Below, one piece after another: positions 27,971 through 37,388 of a stretch of DNA of 64,000 nt; positions within the stretch are counted from its first letter, which is position 1, and each line of letters opens with the position of its first letter. Position numbers and translations under genes: made by a program. The stretch comes from a virus. Where the stretch lies: the IMG/VR virus record IMGVR_UViG_3300024255_000002; one strand, written 5' to 3'. Below the pieces are notes generated by a model that did no database searches, was not told the origin of the DNA, and saw only the letters and a list, made by a program, of their open reading frames with translations.

Positions 27971-29329
27971 ATGGCAAATTTTAGAAAAGACTCACAGGCA
28001 TTTTTAAACGATAGTAAAACTATCTTTGAAGTACCAATGATAGCAACAAAAGATGGTAATGTTGTATCACAAACAAATCCGTTTCCAGTCACAATATCAA
28101 ATACTGGAACCAGTCAAACAATTTCAACAGAAACAAATGTGGATGCTTTTGGTAGAAGTAGAATATCATCACCACTAACACTATTTGATTCCTCACATAG
28201 ATTTGCTGATAATGATTTATGGAATGAAGATATTACAGGTGACGCTTCATCAACCTTTCAAATAAATGAGGGTCTAATAGATTTAACAGTTGGTGATAAT
28301 GCTAATGATGAAATTATTAGAGAAACAAATAAAGTAATGGCTTATCAACCTGGTAAATCATTGTTAATTTTAAATTCTTTTATATTTAATGCTGCTAAAA
28401 CTGGATTAAGACAAAGAATAGGATATTTTGGAACAGACAATGGTATCTATTTTGAACAAGATGGTACAGATGTTTATATAGTAGAAAGAAGTAAAATAAC
28501 AGGTTCAGTTGTAGAAAGTAGAATTGCTCAAGCAGATTGGAATATAGATAAATTAGATGGCACAGGTATAACAGGTTATACTTTAGATTTAACAAAAGCA
28601 CAAATTCAATATATAGATTTAGAATGGTTAGGTGTAGGAACCGTAAGAGCAGGTTTTGTTATTAATGGTAGATTTGTAGTTGCTCACGCATTTCATCACG
28701 CTAATTTAGTATCTGGAACATATATCACTACAGGTTCTTTACCTTTAAGATGTGAAATTAAACAACAAACGGAAGTTGGAGATGGTTCTACCGCTACATT
28801 AAAACAAGTTTGTTCTAGTGTTATGAGTGAAGGTGGTTATGAATTAAGAGGAAGGCAACAAGCTATTGGAACAGTGATTACTTCTCCTTATAGATTAACA
28901 ACTGCTGGAACTTATTATCCTGTAGCTTCTATAAGACTAAAAGCTGCAAGACTAGATGCAATTGTTATTCTTACTGCTTTATCTTTATTGGGAACTGGAA
29001 ATGGAAAATTTTATAATTGGCAAGTGGTTGCTGGTGGAAGTATTGCGGGTGGAACTTGGGTGTCTGGTGGAGCAAACTCATCTGTTGAATATAATATTAC
29101 AGGCACTGATCACACATTAGGGACAGGAAGAATATTGGCTAGTGGTTTTACTTCTTCTTCCAAACAAATAAGTGAATCTATTAATATATTAAAAGAAGCT
29201 TTATTTAAGTTTCAATTAGAGAGAAATACATTTACTAGTACACCTGAAATTTTAACATTGAGATTGGCTTGTGATAGTAATACAGAAGATGTTTTTGGTT
29301 CCATGGACTGGGAGGAGGTTACTAGATAA
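27971..29329 (+). CDS. Probable virion structural protein
   Basis: DAFGRSRIS, YQPGKS, IDLEWLGVG; beta-rich, Gly/Thr-rich. Confidence 0.55.
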   Translation: MANFRKDSQAFLNDSKTIFEVPMIATKDGNVVSQTNPFPVTISNTGTSQTISTETNVDAFGRSRISSPLTLFDSSHRFADNDLWNEDITGDASSTFQINEGLIDLTVGDNANDEIIRETNKVMAYQPGKSLLILNSFIFNAAKTGLRQRIGYFGTDNGIYFEQDGTDVYIVERSKITGSVVESRIAQADWNIDKLDGTGITGYTLDLTKAQIQYIDLEWLGVGTVRAGFVINGRFVVAHAFHHANLVSGTYITTGSLPLRCEIKQQTEVGDGSTATLKQVCSSVMSEGGYELRGRQQAIGTVITSPYRLTTAGTYYPVASIRLKAARLDAIVILTALSLLGTGNGKFYNWQVVAGGSIAGGTWVSGGANSSVEYNITGTDHTLGTGRILASGFTSSSKQISESINILKEALFKFQLERNTFTSTPEILTLRLACDSNTEDVFGSMDWEEVTR

Positions 29330-29913
29330 TGAAAACATTTAGAACATATATTAAAGAGGCACAACAAAGACGAATAGTTATGTTAGGTGGTCCTGGTTCA
29401 GGTAAATCAACATACACTAAGTATTTGATGGATAGATACGGCATACCTCACATATATCCAGGTGGCATGTTAAGAAAAGAAGTTGAGAAAAATACAGAAA
29501 TAGGAAAACAAATTAAAGATTTAATTACAAAAGGTAAGTTTGCACCTAGTGAAATGGTTTTAAAACTTATTAAAGACAGAATTGCAGAAAGTCCAGACGG
29601 ATATGTATTAGACGGATGGCCTAGATATATGAAACAAGTAAGAGAAATGGAACGAGAAAATATCGGACATGATGTTGCTGTGTTTTTAGATGTAAGTAAA
29701 GAAGAAGTAATGAAACGATTACTTGCAAGAGGTAGAGTTGATGATACCGAAGAAGTTATCAACGATAGAATTAAACTATACAAAGAAGAAACTGGTCCTG
29801 TTGTAGAATACTTTAGAAATAAACCTGGTTTTATAAGTATTAAAGCAGAGGGTGATACACCAGAAAACATTAGTAAAAAAATTATTAGAGAAATAGAAAA
29901 TGAAAAGCTTTAA
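29329..29913 (+). CDS. adk: Adenylate kinase with a capsid-targeting-like N-terminus
   Basis: GGPGSGKST P-loop, GGMLR, VLDGWPR, RGRVDD (short LID). Confidence 0.9.
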   Translation: MKTFRTYIKEAQQRRIVMLGGPGSGKSTYTKYLMDRYGIPHIYPGGMLRKEVEKNTEIGKQIKDLITKGKFAPSEMVLKLIKDRIAESPDGYVLDGWPRYMKQVREMERENIGHDVAVFLDVSKEEVMKRLLARGRVDDTEEVINDRIKLYKEETGPVVEYFRNKPGFISIKAEGDTPENISKKIIREIENEKL

Positions 29914-32900
29914 ACAATTTAACGAGTCTATTATAGACATACCAAGAAAAACGTATGCAAAGGCAGTATTTGATAAACCAGATACACCTAATCCAGAGTT
30001 AAAAGCTTCAGTTAAAAAACAAGTATTAGACGGAATTAAGTCATTTGAAAAATTTGGAAAAGTAGTTAAGTATGGTCTTATTGGATCAATACTAACAAAA
30101 CAATATAGAGGTGACGCTGACCTTGATGTTAATATTTTATTTGATATACCTGGTTCAAAAGAAGAACAAGAAAAGGTACATGAAAAAATAAAAGAACATC
30201 AATATGAAATAAATGGTAAAACAATACCAGGCAGTGAACATCCTATAAACTATTTTTCTATCATAGATCCTGCTATATTTGATAAGGCAAATAAGATGGC
30301 AGATGGTATTTTTGATATCGATAAGAACAAATGGATCAAAAAACCAGAACCAGGCAAATTTGAACCTGAAAAATATATGGCGGATTTTCAGAAACGAGTA
30401 TCTGAAATAGATGTTGTTAAGGGTGAATTGGCAAGAGACATGATTGATTATGAAGAACTAAAAGAACTAGGCAAAGACGATATAGAAAACCTAGAAGGAT
30501 TAGTTTCTAAAAAGTTAGCTGAAATTAAAGATTCCATTAACACATTATTTGATATTGGTGCTAAAACTGTTAAAGATCGAAAAGACGCTTTCTTAGCAGA
30601 TATGTCACCAGACGAAGTAAGAAAATTTGGAGTAAAAAACCGACTTCCTAAAAACGTGATTTATAAAATGTTAGAAAAGTATCATTATCTCAAATTCTTT
30701 AAAACTTTGGAAGAGATTATGTTGGATGGTAAAATAACACCAGATGAACTTAAATCGTTATCTAAGATTAAAGAAGCCAAAGGTAGACATATAGCGTTTA
30801 CCTTTGGCCGATTTAATCCACCTACAATAGGACATGGAAAATTATTACAAAAATTATTTACAGTTAGAGCAGACAACCACTTTATATTTTTAAGTAGATC
30901 GGAAGACTCAGATAAGAACCCATTATCATTTAGAGAGAAGTCAAAAGTTATGAAACAAATGTTTCCTAGATATGCTTCAAACATAATAGTAAGTGGTTCA
31001 AATAGAGTATTTGATATAGTCACTGATCTTTACAATAAAGGTGCTACAGAATTATCAATGGTTGTCGGTTCAGATAGAGTAAGAGAATTTGACACCACTA
31101 TTAAAAAATATAATGGTGTAAAAAGCAGACATGGTTATTATAACTTTGATAACATTAATATAGTTTCTGCTGGAGAAAGAGATCCAGATGCTGACGGCGC
31201 TACAGGAATGTCAGCAAGTAAAATGAGAGCGGCCGCTAAGGCAAATGATTTAGATGCATTTAAAAAAGGATTGCCAAGTGGATTTAGAGACGCCGAAGAA
31301 TTAATAAAAAGATTAAGACAAGGCATGAGATTGGCTGCTTCAAACGATCCAGAAATAGAAGAAGGAACATTAAAGTTTAAACCATTTATAACTGCTTCTA
31401 CAAAAGAGGAGTTAGAAAATATGATTATAAGAGACAAGTATTTAACAGAGCATTTATATGATGTAGGAGACATTGTTGATGATGTTGAGAATAAAGTTAC
31501 AGGTGTTATCGTAAGACGAGGAACAAACTATGTAACACTTGAAGACGTTGATAATAAACTACATAAGTCATGGTTATTTAATATTATTGAATCGCCTGTT
31601 TATCCTAGAGAATTAGACGAGTCGGCAAAAAAATTAAAATACGACAAAGAGACAGATCAACCTAAAAAATATGTTGCTGGTTTATCAGACAAAGAGAAGA
31701 AGTCACACGACAAACATTTAGAAAAACAAGGCAAAAAATCTGACGATGATAAAAGTGCTTACACACAATCGCCAGCAGATAAAGTTGCTAAAACTAAACC
31801 AAGTGTTCATACAAAGAAATTCAAACAAATGTATGGTGAACTTAAAACTGAAAAAGAGCCACAAAAAAGAGGTGATGAATTTGTAGATACTGGATTGCCT
31901 GAAAGTTCAAATAGAAAGGCAGATGAGTTAGAACATGCTAAATTAATGAATAAGGCACTTAGAACTATGCCACAATCTATTAAACAAAAAGAAATTATAA
32001 AACAAGTAAATGTTGTAAGAAAAAGATTAGGATATAGACCTCTTAGTGAGTCATATGAAATAGGCCATGATTATGCAAAATACACTTCATCTATAACCCC
32101 AGGTCAAAAAAATTATGACCCTAAATTTCAAGGTGGTTCATACAAACCAAGTGAACCTAAAAACAACTTAATCAACGTTAATGCTGATAAAAAAGTTGAT
32201 TTAAAAGATATTGAAGAATGGATAAGTGACAGTGAAACAATAGATAAATATAAAGAAAGATACGGTGAAGACTGGCAATCTAAGTTAGACGAAGTATATA
32301 ATAAGATGTTTAACAAAGTTGTGGATACTAGTGAAAACAGTTACACAACAAAAGTCAAAGACGTTAAAGGTGATTTGAAAACAATGCCTGAAGAAGACTT
32401 TGAAAGTAAATACAAAAAGTCTAAATCAGAAATGAAAGTGAACGTAGGTGATAATGATATGAAATTAAGAAGTTTTAAAGAACATACTAATGTAAATGAG
32501 GCAATAGATTATCATTTACAAATGAATGTGCCTATTTGTGAGAACATTTTTAGACATAATTCATCATCGTTCTTTGAGTTTTATAATAGACTTAGAGGAA
32601 AAGTTGTAAAAGAAAAAATTGAATTATCTGTTGAAGACAAAGAGTTTTTAGATACAGATATTGGAACCTTTGGATTATTTGAAGGCAATGAAGTTGCTTT
32701 AGATTGTCCAATGCTTGATGAAGAGGATGAGAAAAATCCTCCAATAGGTAAACCAAAAAGAGGCGGACCTAAAAAGTTTTATGTCTATGTAAAAGATGGA
32801 GATAAAGTTAAAAAGGTCACATGGGGTGATACATCAGGATTATCAGTTAAGATGAATGATCCTGAGGCAAGAAAAAGTTTTGCTGCTAGGCACCAATGTT

Positions 32901-33001
32901 CTACACAAAAAGATAGAACATCGGCTGCATATTGGGCTTGTAACACACCAAGATATGCTAAACAGTTAGGTTTATCTGGTGGTGGAAGTTTTTTCTGGTA
33001 A
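29900..33001 (+). CDS. Multidomain (poly)protein: Pol-beta-like nucleotidyltransferase + HIGH-family cytidylyltransferase-like domain + small basic domains
   Basis: IGS...DADLD; FGRFNPPTIGH, VVGSDR, GMSASKMR; C-terminal ARKSFAARHQC...YWAC. Confidence 0.8.
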   Translation: MKSFKQFNESIIDIPRKTYAKAVFDKPDTPNPELKASVKKQVLDGIKSFEKFGKVVKYGLIGSILTKQYRGDADLDVNILFDIPGSKEEQEKVHEKIKEHQYEINGKTIPGSEHPINYFSIIDPAIFDKANKMADGIFDIDKNKWIKKPEPGKFEPEKYMADFQKRVSEIDVVKGELARDMIDYEELKELGKDDIENLEGLVSKKLAEIKDSINTLFDIGAKTVKDRKDAFLADMSPDEVRKFGVKNRLPKNVIYKMLEKYHYLKFFKTLEEIMLDGKITPDELKSLSKIKEAKGRHIAFTFGRFNPPTIGHGKLLQKLFTVRADNHFIFLSRSEDSDKNPLSFREKSKVMKQMFPRYASNIIVSGSNRVFDIVTDLYNKGATELSMVVGSDRVREFDTTIKKYNGVKSRHGYYNFDNINIVSAGERDPDADGATGMSASKMRAAAKANDLDAFKKGLPSGFRDAEELIKRLRQGMRLAASNDPEIEEGTLKFKPFITASTKEELENMIIRDKYLTEHLYDVGDIVDDVENKVTGVIVRRGTNYVTLEDVDNKLHKSWLFNIIESPVYPRELDESAKKLKYDKETDQPKKYVAGLSDKEKKSHDKHLEKQGKKSDDDKSAYTQSPADKVAKTKPSVHTKKFKQMYGELKTEKEPQKRGDEFVDTGLPESSNRKADELEHAKLMNKALRTMPQSIKQKEIIKQVNVVRKRLGYRPLSESYEIGHDYAKYTSSITPGQKNYDPKFQGGSYKPSEPKNNLINVNADKKVDLKDIEEWISDSETIDKYKERYGEDWQSKLDEVYNKMFNKVVDTSENSYTTKVKDVKGDLKTMPEEDFESKYKKSKSEMKVNVGDNDMKLRSFKEHTNVNEAIDYHLQMNVPICENIFRHNSSSFFEFYNRLRGKVVKEKIELSVEDKEFLDTDIGTFGLFEGNEVALDCPMLDEEDEKNPPIGKPKRGGPKKFYVYVKDGDKVKKVTWGDTSGLSVKMNDPEARKSFAARHQCSTQKDRTSAAYWACNTPRYAKQLGLSGGGSFFW

Positions 33002-33004
33002 GTT

Positions 33005-33289
33005 ATGAGTAAACCATATGATGATATAGTGATTGAAGAAAACCATTTTATAAGAACTATTGACAATAATGCCGATAATTCAGAAATGGTTTGGCATAGA
33101 GATAAGGCAGACCGAAAGGTAGTTGCTTTAGAAGGTGATGAATGGTATTTACAAATGGATAATGAAATGCCTCAACTTATAGAATTAAATAAACCGATGC
33201 ATATTAAAAAGGGTGTGTATCATAGAGTAATAAGAGGAAAACAAAAATTAAAACTAGAAATTTGGGAAAGTAACCATGACAAAATATAG
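33005..33289 (+). CDS. Small cupin-like protein
   Basis: WHRD...VYHRVIRG. Confidence 0.6.
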   Translation: MSKPYDDIVIEENHFIRTIDNNADNSEMVWHRDKADRKVVALEGDEWYLQMDNEMPQLIELNKPMHIKKGVYHRVIRGKQKLKLEIWESNHDKI

Positions 33290-34244
33290 AACAAGTTGGC
33301 AAGAAATAATGGAGAGTGTAAACGAAAGTCAAACCGTTTATGTTGCAAGATGGACATCTAAACAGGATGGCAAAAGATATGCGTCTCCTTTTAAAACACA
33401 ACCAGACGCTGATAAAAGAGCAAAAGAATTAAAATCACAAGGTAATAGAAATATATCTGTAACGCAAGACACTTTAAGGTCAAACGTTAAATGGAAAAAA
33501 GATGGGTCTCCTGATGTAAAAGGAATGCAAGAAGAAGTGTTAGATGAAGCTATTACAAACCAAAGATTAGAACAATTAAAAAGGTCTTGGGCATCTATTA
33601 AAACAATGACACCTTCAAAGATTAATGACTTGAAAAAGTTTTTAGAAAAACAATCATCAGACGTGTTATTACAATTAAGTCAATATGGTATTAACTTTGT
33701 TTCCCACATGGCAACATCTGTAATGAGAAAAAGAAAACCTGGATCATCGGCACATGCTGGTTCTTTCAAAACATATGATTTAAAAATGAGTGAGGCAGTA
33801 ACACCAGAGAAAAATCCAGAAGCTAAATTCAAAGATAGTAGAGACGATATTTCAAAGTCACAACAAGAATTAGATAAGTTAGATAAATCTAATCCTGACA
33901 ACAAACAACAGGTTGAATTAGGAAAAAAAGAAATAGAAGTGCAAAAGTTAAAACTTAAACACGACATGGATAAAGAAAAAGAAAAACAATTAACTCGTTC
34001 CGAACAATTCATAGAACAGATTGAAGGCTTAAAAACAAAAGCTGAAAAATCTGGTATGCCATATTCAATATTAAAACAAGTTTATAATAGAGGAATGGCT
34101 GCATGGAAAGGTGGTCATAGACCAGGAACAACACCTCAACAATGGGCGTTTGCTCGTGTAAATAGTTTCATAACTAAGTCAAGTGGGACTTGGGGTAAAG
34201 CAGATTCAGATTTGGCTGATAAAGTAAAAGGAAGTAAAGACTAG
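33276..34244 (+). CDS. Probable internal head protein with a DUF5824-like C-terminal domain
   Basis: ILKQVYNRGMAAWKGGHRPGTTPQQWAFARVNSF...DSDL. Confidence 0.65.
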   Translation: MTKYRTSWQEIMESVNESQTVYVARWTSKQDGKRYASPFKTQPDADKRAKELKSQGNRNISVTQDTLRSNVKWKKDGSPDVKGMQEEVLDEAITNQRLEQLKRSWASIKTMTPSKINDLKKFLEKQSSDVLLQLSQYGINFVSHMATSVMRKRKPGSSAHAGSFKTYDLKMSEAVTPEKNPEAKFKDSRDDISKSQQELDKLDKSNPDNKQQVELGKKEIEVQKLKLKHDMDKEKEKQLTRSEQFIEQIEGLKTKAEKSGMPYSILKQVYNRGMAAWKGGHRPGTTPQQWAFARVNSFITKSSGTWGKADSDLADKVKGSKD

Positions 34245-34253
34245 GAGAAAACA

Positions 34254-35042
34254 ATGGATAAAAAATATTTTGAAACAAAACAAGGCAGCTTAGAAGATGT
34301 ATCCACAAAGATCGCTAAAGAGCAGCCAACAATAACAAAACCAGAAACAAAAGTAAAACTAACAACAGAAAAAAAATACTTTGAAACTAAACCAAATTCA
34401 CTTTCAGATATCGCTGCTAAGATTGTAAGTGAAGGAGTTGATCCAGTAAACAAAGATGCTGTTAAAAAAGATTTTACAGATAGAAAAGATAAAGACCTTG
34501 ATAACGATGGTGATACAGATTCATCAGACGAATACTTACATAAAAAGAGACAGGCAATTTCTAAAAATATGAAAGAAAACAAAGCATACATGTTATCTTA
34601 TGGTAAAAAAGGTGAAAAGGCAAAATTCTTTTATGGCAACAGTTTATCAGATATTCAAAACAAAGCACATGAATTAAGAAAACAAGGTATCGTTGTTGAT
34701 AAAATGGGTAGAACTGAACCAACTCATAAGTTAAGACAAACTATTGAGTCAGTAAATCCAGACGACAAAGGTGAAAAACAAAATGCAGATAAGATAAAAG
34801 CATATACTGATCCTAAAAAAGGTGAGAAGTCTGTTATCAAACCTTTACAAGAATTAGAAAAAGAGTGTCCTCAATGTCAAGGTAAAGGATGTGATCATTG
34901 TGATGACAAAGGAACTCATACTGTAAAAGAAAATAAAAAGACATTTAAAGAGATTCGAATACAGGCTGGTGAAGGTCCAAAAACTGATACAGGCAAAAAA
35001 ACTGCTGTAATAGATACTGAACCATCAACAAAACCAATATAA
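34254..35042 (+). CDS. Probable internal head protein with tandem repeat, DxDxDG loop and Cys4 zinc motif
   Basis: KKYFETK..SL.D...KI..E twice; DLDNDGDTDSSD; CPQCQGKGCDHC. Confidence 0.6.
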   Translation: MDKKYFETKQGSLEDVSTKIAKEQPTITKPETKVKLTTEKKYFETKPNSLSDIAAKIVSEGVDPVNKDAVKKDFTDRKDKDLDNDGDTDSSDEYLHKKRQAISKNMKENKAYMLSYGKKGEKAKFFYGNSLSDIQNKAHELRKQGIVVDKMGRTEPTHKLRQTIESVNPDDKGEKQNADKIKAYTDPKKGEKSVIKPLQELEKECPQCQGKGCDHCDDKGTHTVKENKKTFKEIRIQAGEGPKTDTGKKTAVIDTEPSTKPI

Positions 35043-35062
35043 AAAGTGCGACACTTTAGCGC

Positions 35063-35091
35063 TTGATAAAAATGCTCATATATGATAGTAT
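35063..35091 (+). promoter_or_regulatory. Early promoter with an upstream GCGAC-N-GCGC box
   Basis: TTGATA-N17-TAGTAT; GCGACACTTTAGCGC at 35048-35062. Confidence 0.6.
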
Positions 35092-35598
35092 ATGAGTATG
35101 AAAACAAACACTATGAATAAAATAATATATTGTGATATGGATGGTGTTCTTGCAGACTTTAAAAAAGGTGCTGAAAGAGCAACTAAAATGTCAATCAAAC
35201 AATGGATGAATATCCCTTCTTCAAAAGAGAAGTGGAGACCTATTATAGAAATGCCTAATTTCTGGTCTTCTCTTCCTTGGATGCCAGGAGGACAAAGATT
35301 ATGGAGTTATATCTCTAAATTTAATCCACACATACTAAGTGCATATGTTGAGGAAGAATTTGACCCTAACTGTATACCAGGCAAAAGAGAATGGTTAAGA
35401 AGAAATACAGGATTGTCAAGTCCTCAAAGAGTTAATTTAGTTAAAAGAAAAGAAAAAAAACAATTTTCTAAAAAAAATGCTATCTTAATAGATGATTATC
35501 AAAAAAACGTTGATGAATTTACTAGATCAGGTGGTATTGGTATCTATCATACAGACACATCAAAAACAATCTCTCAACTCAAAAGATTAGGATTTTAA
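35092..35598 (+). CDS. HAD-family 5'(3')-deoxyribonucleotidase
   Basis: YCDMDGVLADF, ILSA, GKREWL, ILIDD. Confidence 0.88.
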   Translation: MSMKTNTMNKIIYCDMDGVLADFKKGAERATKMSIKQWMNIPSSKEKWRPIIEMPNFWSSLPWMPGGQRLWSYISKFNPHILSAYVEEEFDPNCIPGKREWLRRNTGLSSPQRVNLVKRKEKKQFSKKNAILIDDYQKNVDEFTRSGGIGIYHTDTSKTISQLKRLGF

Positions 35599-35601
35599 TC
35601 T

Positions 35602-35609
35602 TATAAATA
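35602..35609 (+). promoter_or_regulatory. T4-type late promoter
   Basis: TATAAATA. Confidence 0.75.
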
Positions 35610-35677
35610 GTCTAGTGTATAACACGGTATAAATTTATATCAAAAATTGAGTACCTTTAACTAAGGGAGAGAATAAT

Positions 35678-35959
35678 ATGTCAAGTTGGGGAAAAACAGA
35701 CGCTGCTGGATCAGCACCTTTATGGGCTACAGCACATGTAAATCAAGCGCCAACAAGTACGAATGCTTCGGACTTGTTTGAGAATAATACGCTTCCATTA
35801 CCATATTTTAGTGATATGTTTGTGGCACTATTTAACTACACTTCAGGTGAAGTGCCAAGTGGTGCTCATCAAGGATGGGTTTTAACAAAGACGTTTACAG
35901 GTGGAAGATTAGGCAGATCACAACATGAGACACTTGTTGCATTAACAAGTAACTCGTAG
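35678..35959 (+). CDS. Hypothetical late / virion protein
   Basis: MSSWGKTD...HQGWV...GR...ETLVAL; downstream of a late promoter. Confidence 0.65.
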   Translation: MSSWGKTDAAGSAPLWATAHVNQAPTSTNASDLFENNTLPLPYFSDMFVALFNYTSGEVPSGAHQGWVLTKTFTGGRLGRSQHETLVALTSNS

Positions 35960-35972
35960 TAAATAAAATAAC

Positions 35973-35998
35973 ATAGGGGTCGCTTTGGCGGCCCTTAT
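35973..35998 (+). terminator. Hairpin terminator
   Basis: ataggggtcgc-tttg-gcggcccttat. Confidence 0.6.
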
Positions 35999-36068
35999 AT
36001 ATATTAACAACGTGATGTAGGAAAATACCTACAATAGCATTCCCGAAAGGGTTTATAGGAGAATAAAA

Positions 36069-36521
36069 ATGGCAGATAAAAAAATAACACAATTAACGGA
36101 CTTAGGTGATTCACTGGCATCCGTAGATTTATTTCATGTAGTGGATGATCCATCAGGAACACCAATCAATAAAAAAATTGCAGCTGAAGATGTTTTCAAT
36201 AACATTCCTAGTTACTTAGGACTATCACAAACTAGTCAAACGTTAACTATGGATAGTTCATCACAGGTTGCAGATGTAACTTCGGCAATAACTGAACTTA
36301 ACGCTGCTTCGGCACCAGGAACAGTTACACTTGCTGACGGAACTAATGGACAAATTAAAACTATCCTAATTACAACTGGATCAAATGCAGTAACAATAAC
36401 ACCATCTAATTTATCAGGACATACTTCGGTAGTTCTAAATGCTTTAGGTCAGTCTGTTACATTAATGTTCAAGTCTTCAAACTGGAACATTGTTGCTGGG
36501 CATGATTACACAACAGTATAA
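36069..36521 (+). CDS. Virion structural protein (fibre/decoration-like)
   Basis: MADKKITQL N-terminus; TLADGTNGQIK; Ser/Thr-rich. Confidence 0.6.
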   Translation: MADKKITQLTDLGDSLASVDLFHVVDDPSGTPINKKIAAEDVFNNIPSYLGLSQTSQTLTMDSSSQVADVTSAITELNAASAPGTVTLADGTNGQIKTILITTGSNAVTITPSNLSGHTSVVLNALGQSVTLMFKSSNWNIVAGHDYTTV

Positions 36522-36536
36522 TTTTAGGAGTTAATT

Positions 36537-36791
36537 ATGATAGATAAGGCAAAACTTGAAAGTGAAAAGGCAACTTTGCAAAAAGATTATTCAGAGTTGT
36601 CTAATAAAATTGCTACCTTTGAAAAATCTTTGTTCAGTATGAGAAACAATTTACATGCTGTTCATGGTGCAATTCAACAAGTAGATAAATTTTTAAAAGA
36701 TTTTGATGATGAAAAAAAAGTATTATTACAGGAGGGAGAACGTAGTGGTGAAGAACAAGACTATAAAGTCACATACAGTTTCGATGGATAA
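36537..36791 (+). CDS. Small coiled-coil protein
   Basis: AGGAG SD; heptad pattern. Confidence 0.65.
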   Translation: MIDKAKLESEKATLQKDYSELSNKIATFEKSLFSMRNNLHAVHGAIQQVDKFLKDFDDEKKVLLQEGERSGEEQDYKVTYSFDG

Positions 36792-36957
36792 TTTTTTATC
36801 TGATCTTGCTGATAATACACCAAATGATAAACAATTTGAGGGAGTGCAATTAGAAGATAATTCTGAAGATTATGAATTGCAAGAAGTTGAAGAAGATTTA
36901 TCAGGTGGTATAACATTTAAGTATTTAAAAAAAGAAGTAACGGAGAAAAAGAAATGA
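36703..36957 (+). CDS. Small acidic hypothetical protein (likely start MDNFL, about 36784)
   Basis: Acidic ORF between neighbouring genes. Confidence 0.5.
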   Translation: MMMKKKYYYRRENVVVKNKTIKSHTVSMDNFLSDLADNTPNDKQFEGVQLEDNSEDYELQEVEEDLSGGITFKYLKKEVTEKKK

Positions 36958-37388
36958 AAACTTTTAGACAACACATTAAAGAAGGTGGACAAATGGGTGT
37001 TGGAACAACTTCACACCATGACTCAGTAGAGAATGGTAGTGTAGGAGTTCATAACATACATGAACCTGCTATAATGCAAAGAGTTAACGCATTTGTTGGT
37101 GCTGTTGCTGATAGAGAATATATAAAACCTGAAGGCGCTCTTGCTGATTTAGAAGAAAAATTAGGAAGACTTGGTATTGGTTTTAAATCACCTATCAACA
37201 TAGTAGGCAAAAACGGAAACTTTAAAACTGAATTGACACAACACGGCGGACGTTTTGGTAAAGATACTGACGGCTCTGATATTAATGATGATGGTATAAC
37301 ACATAGAACAGGTAAAGCATTAACATTAAAAGGAAAATATGAGACGTTAGAGAATGGCGCTGTAAGAGTATATGCAGAGCTTGGCTAA
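36954..37388 (+). CDS. Probable internal head protein
   Basis: N-terminus MKTFRQHIKEG resembles the T4 capsid-targeting sequence. Confidence 0.6.
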   Translation: MKTFRQHIKEGGQMGVGTTSHHDSVENGSVGVHNIHEPAIMQRVNAFVGAVADREYIKPEGALADLEEKLGRLGIGFKSPINIVGKNGNFKTELTQHGGRFGKDTDGSDINDDGITHRTGKALTLKGKYETLENGAVRVYAELG

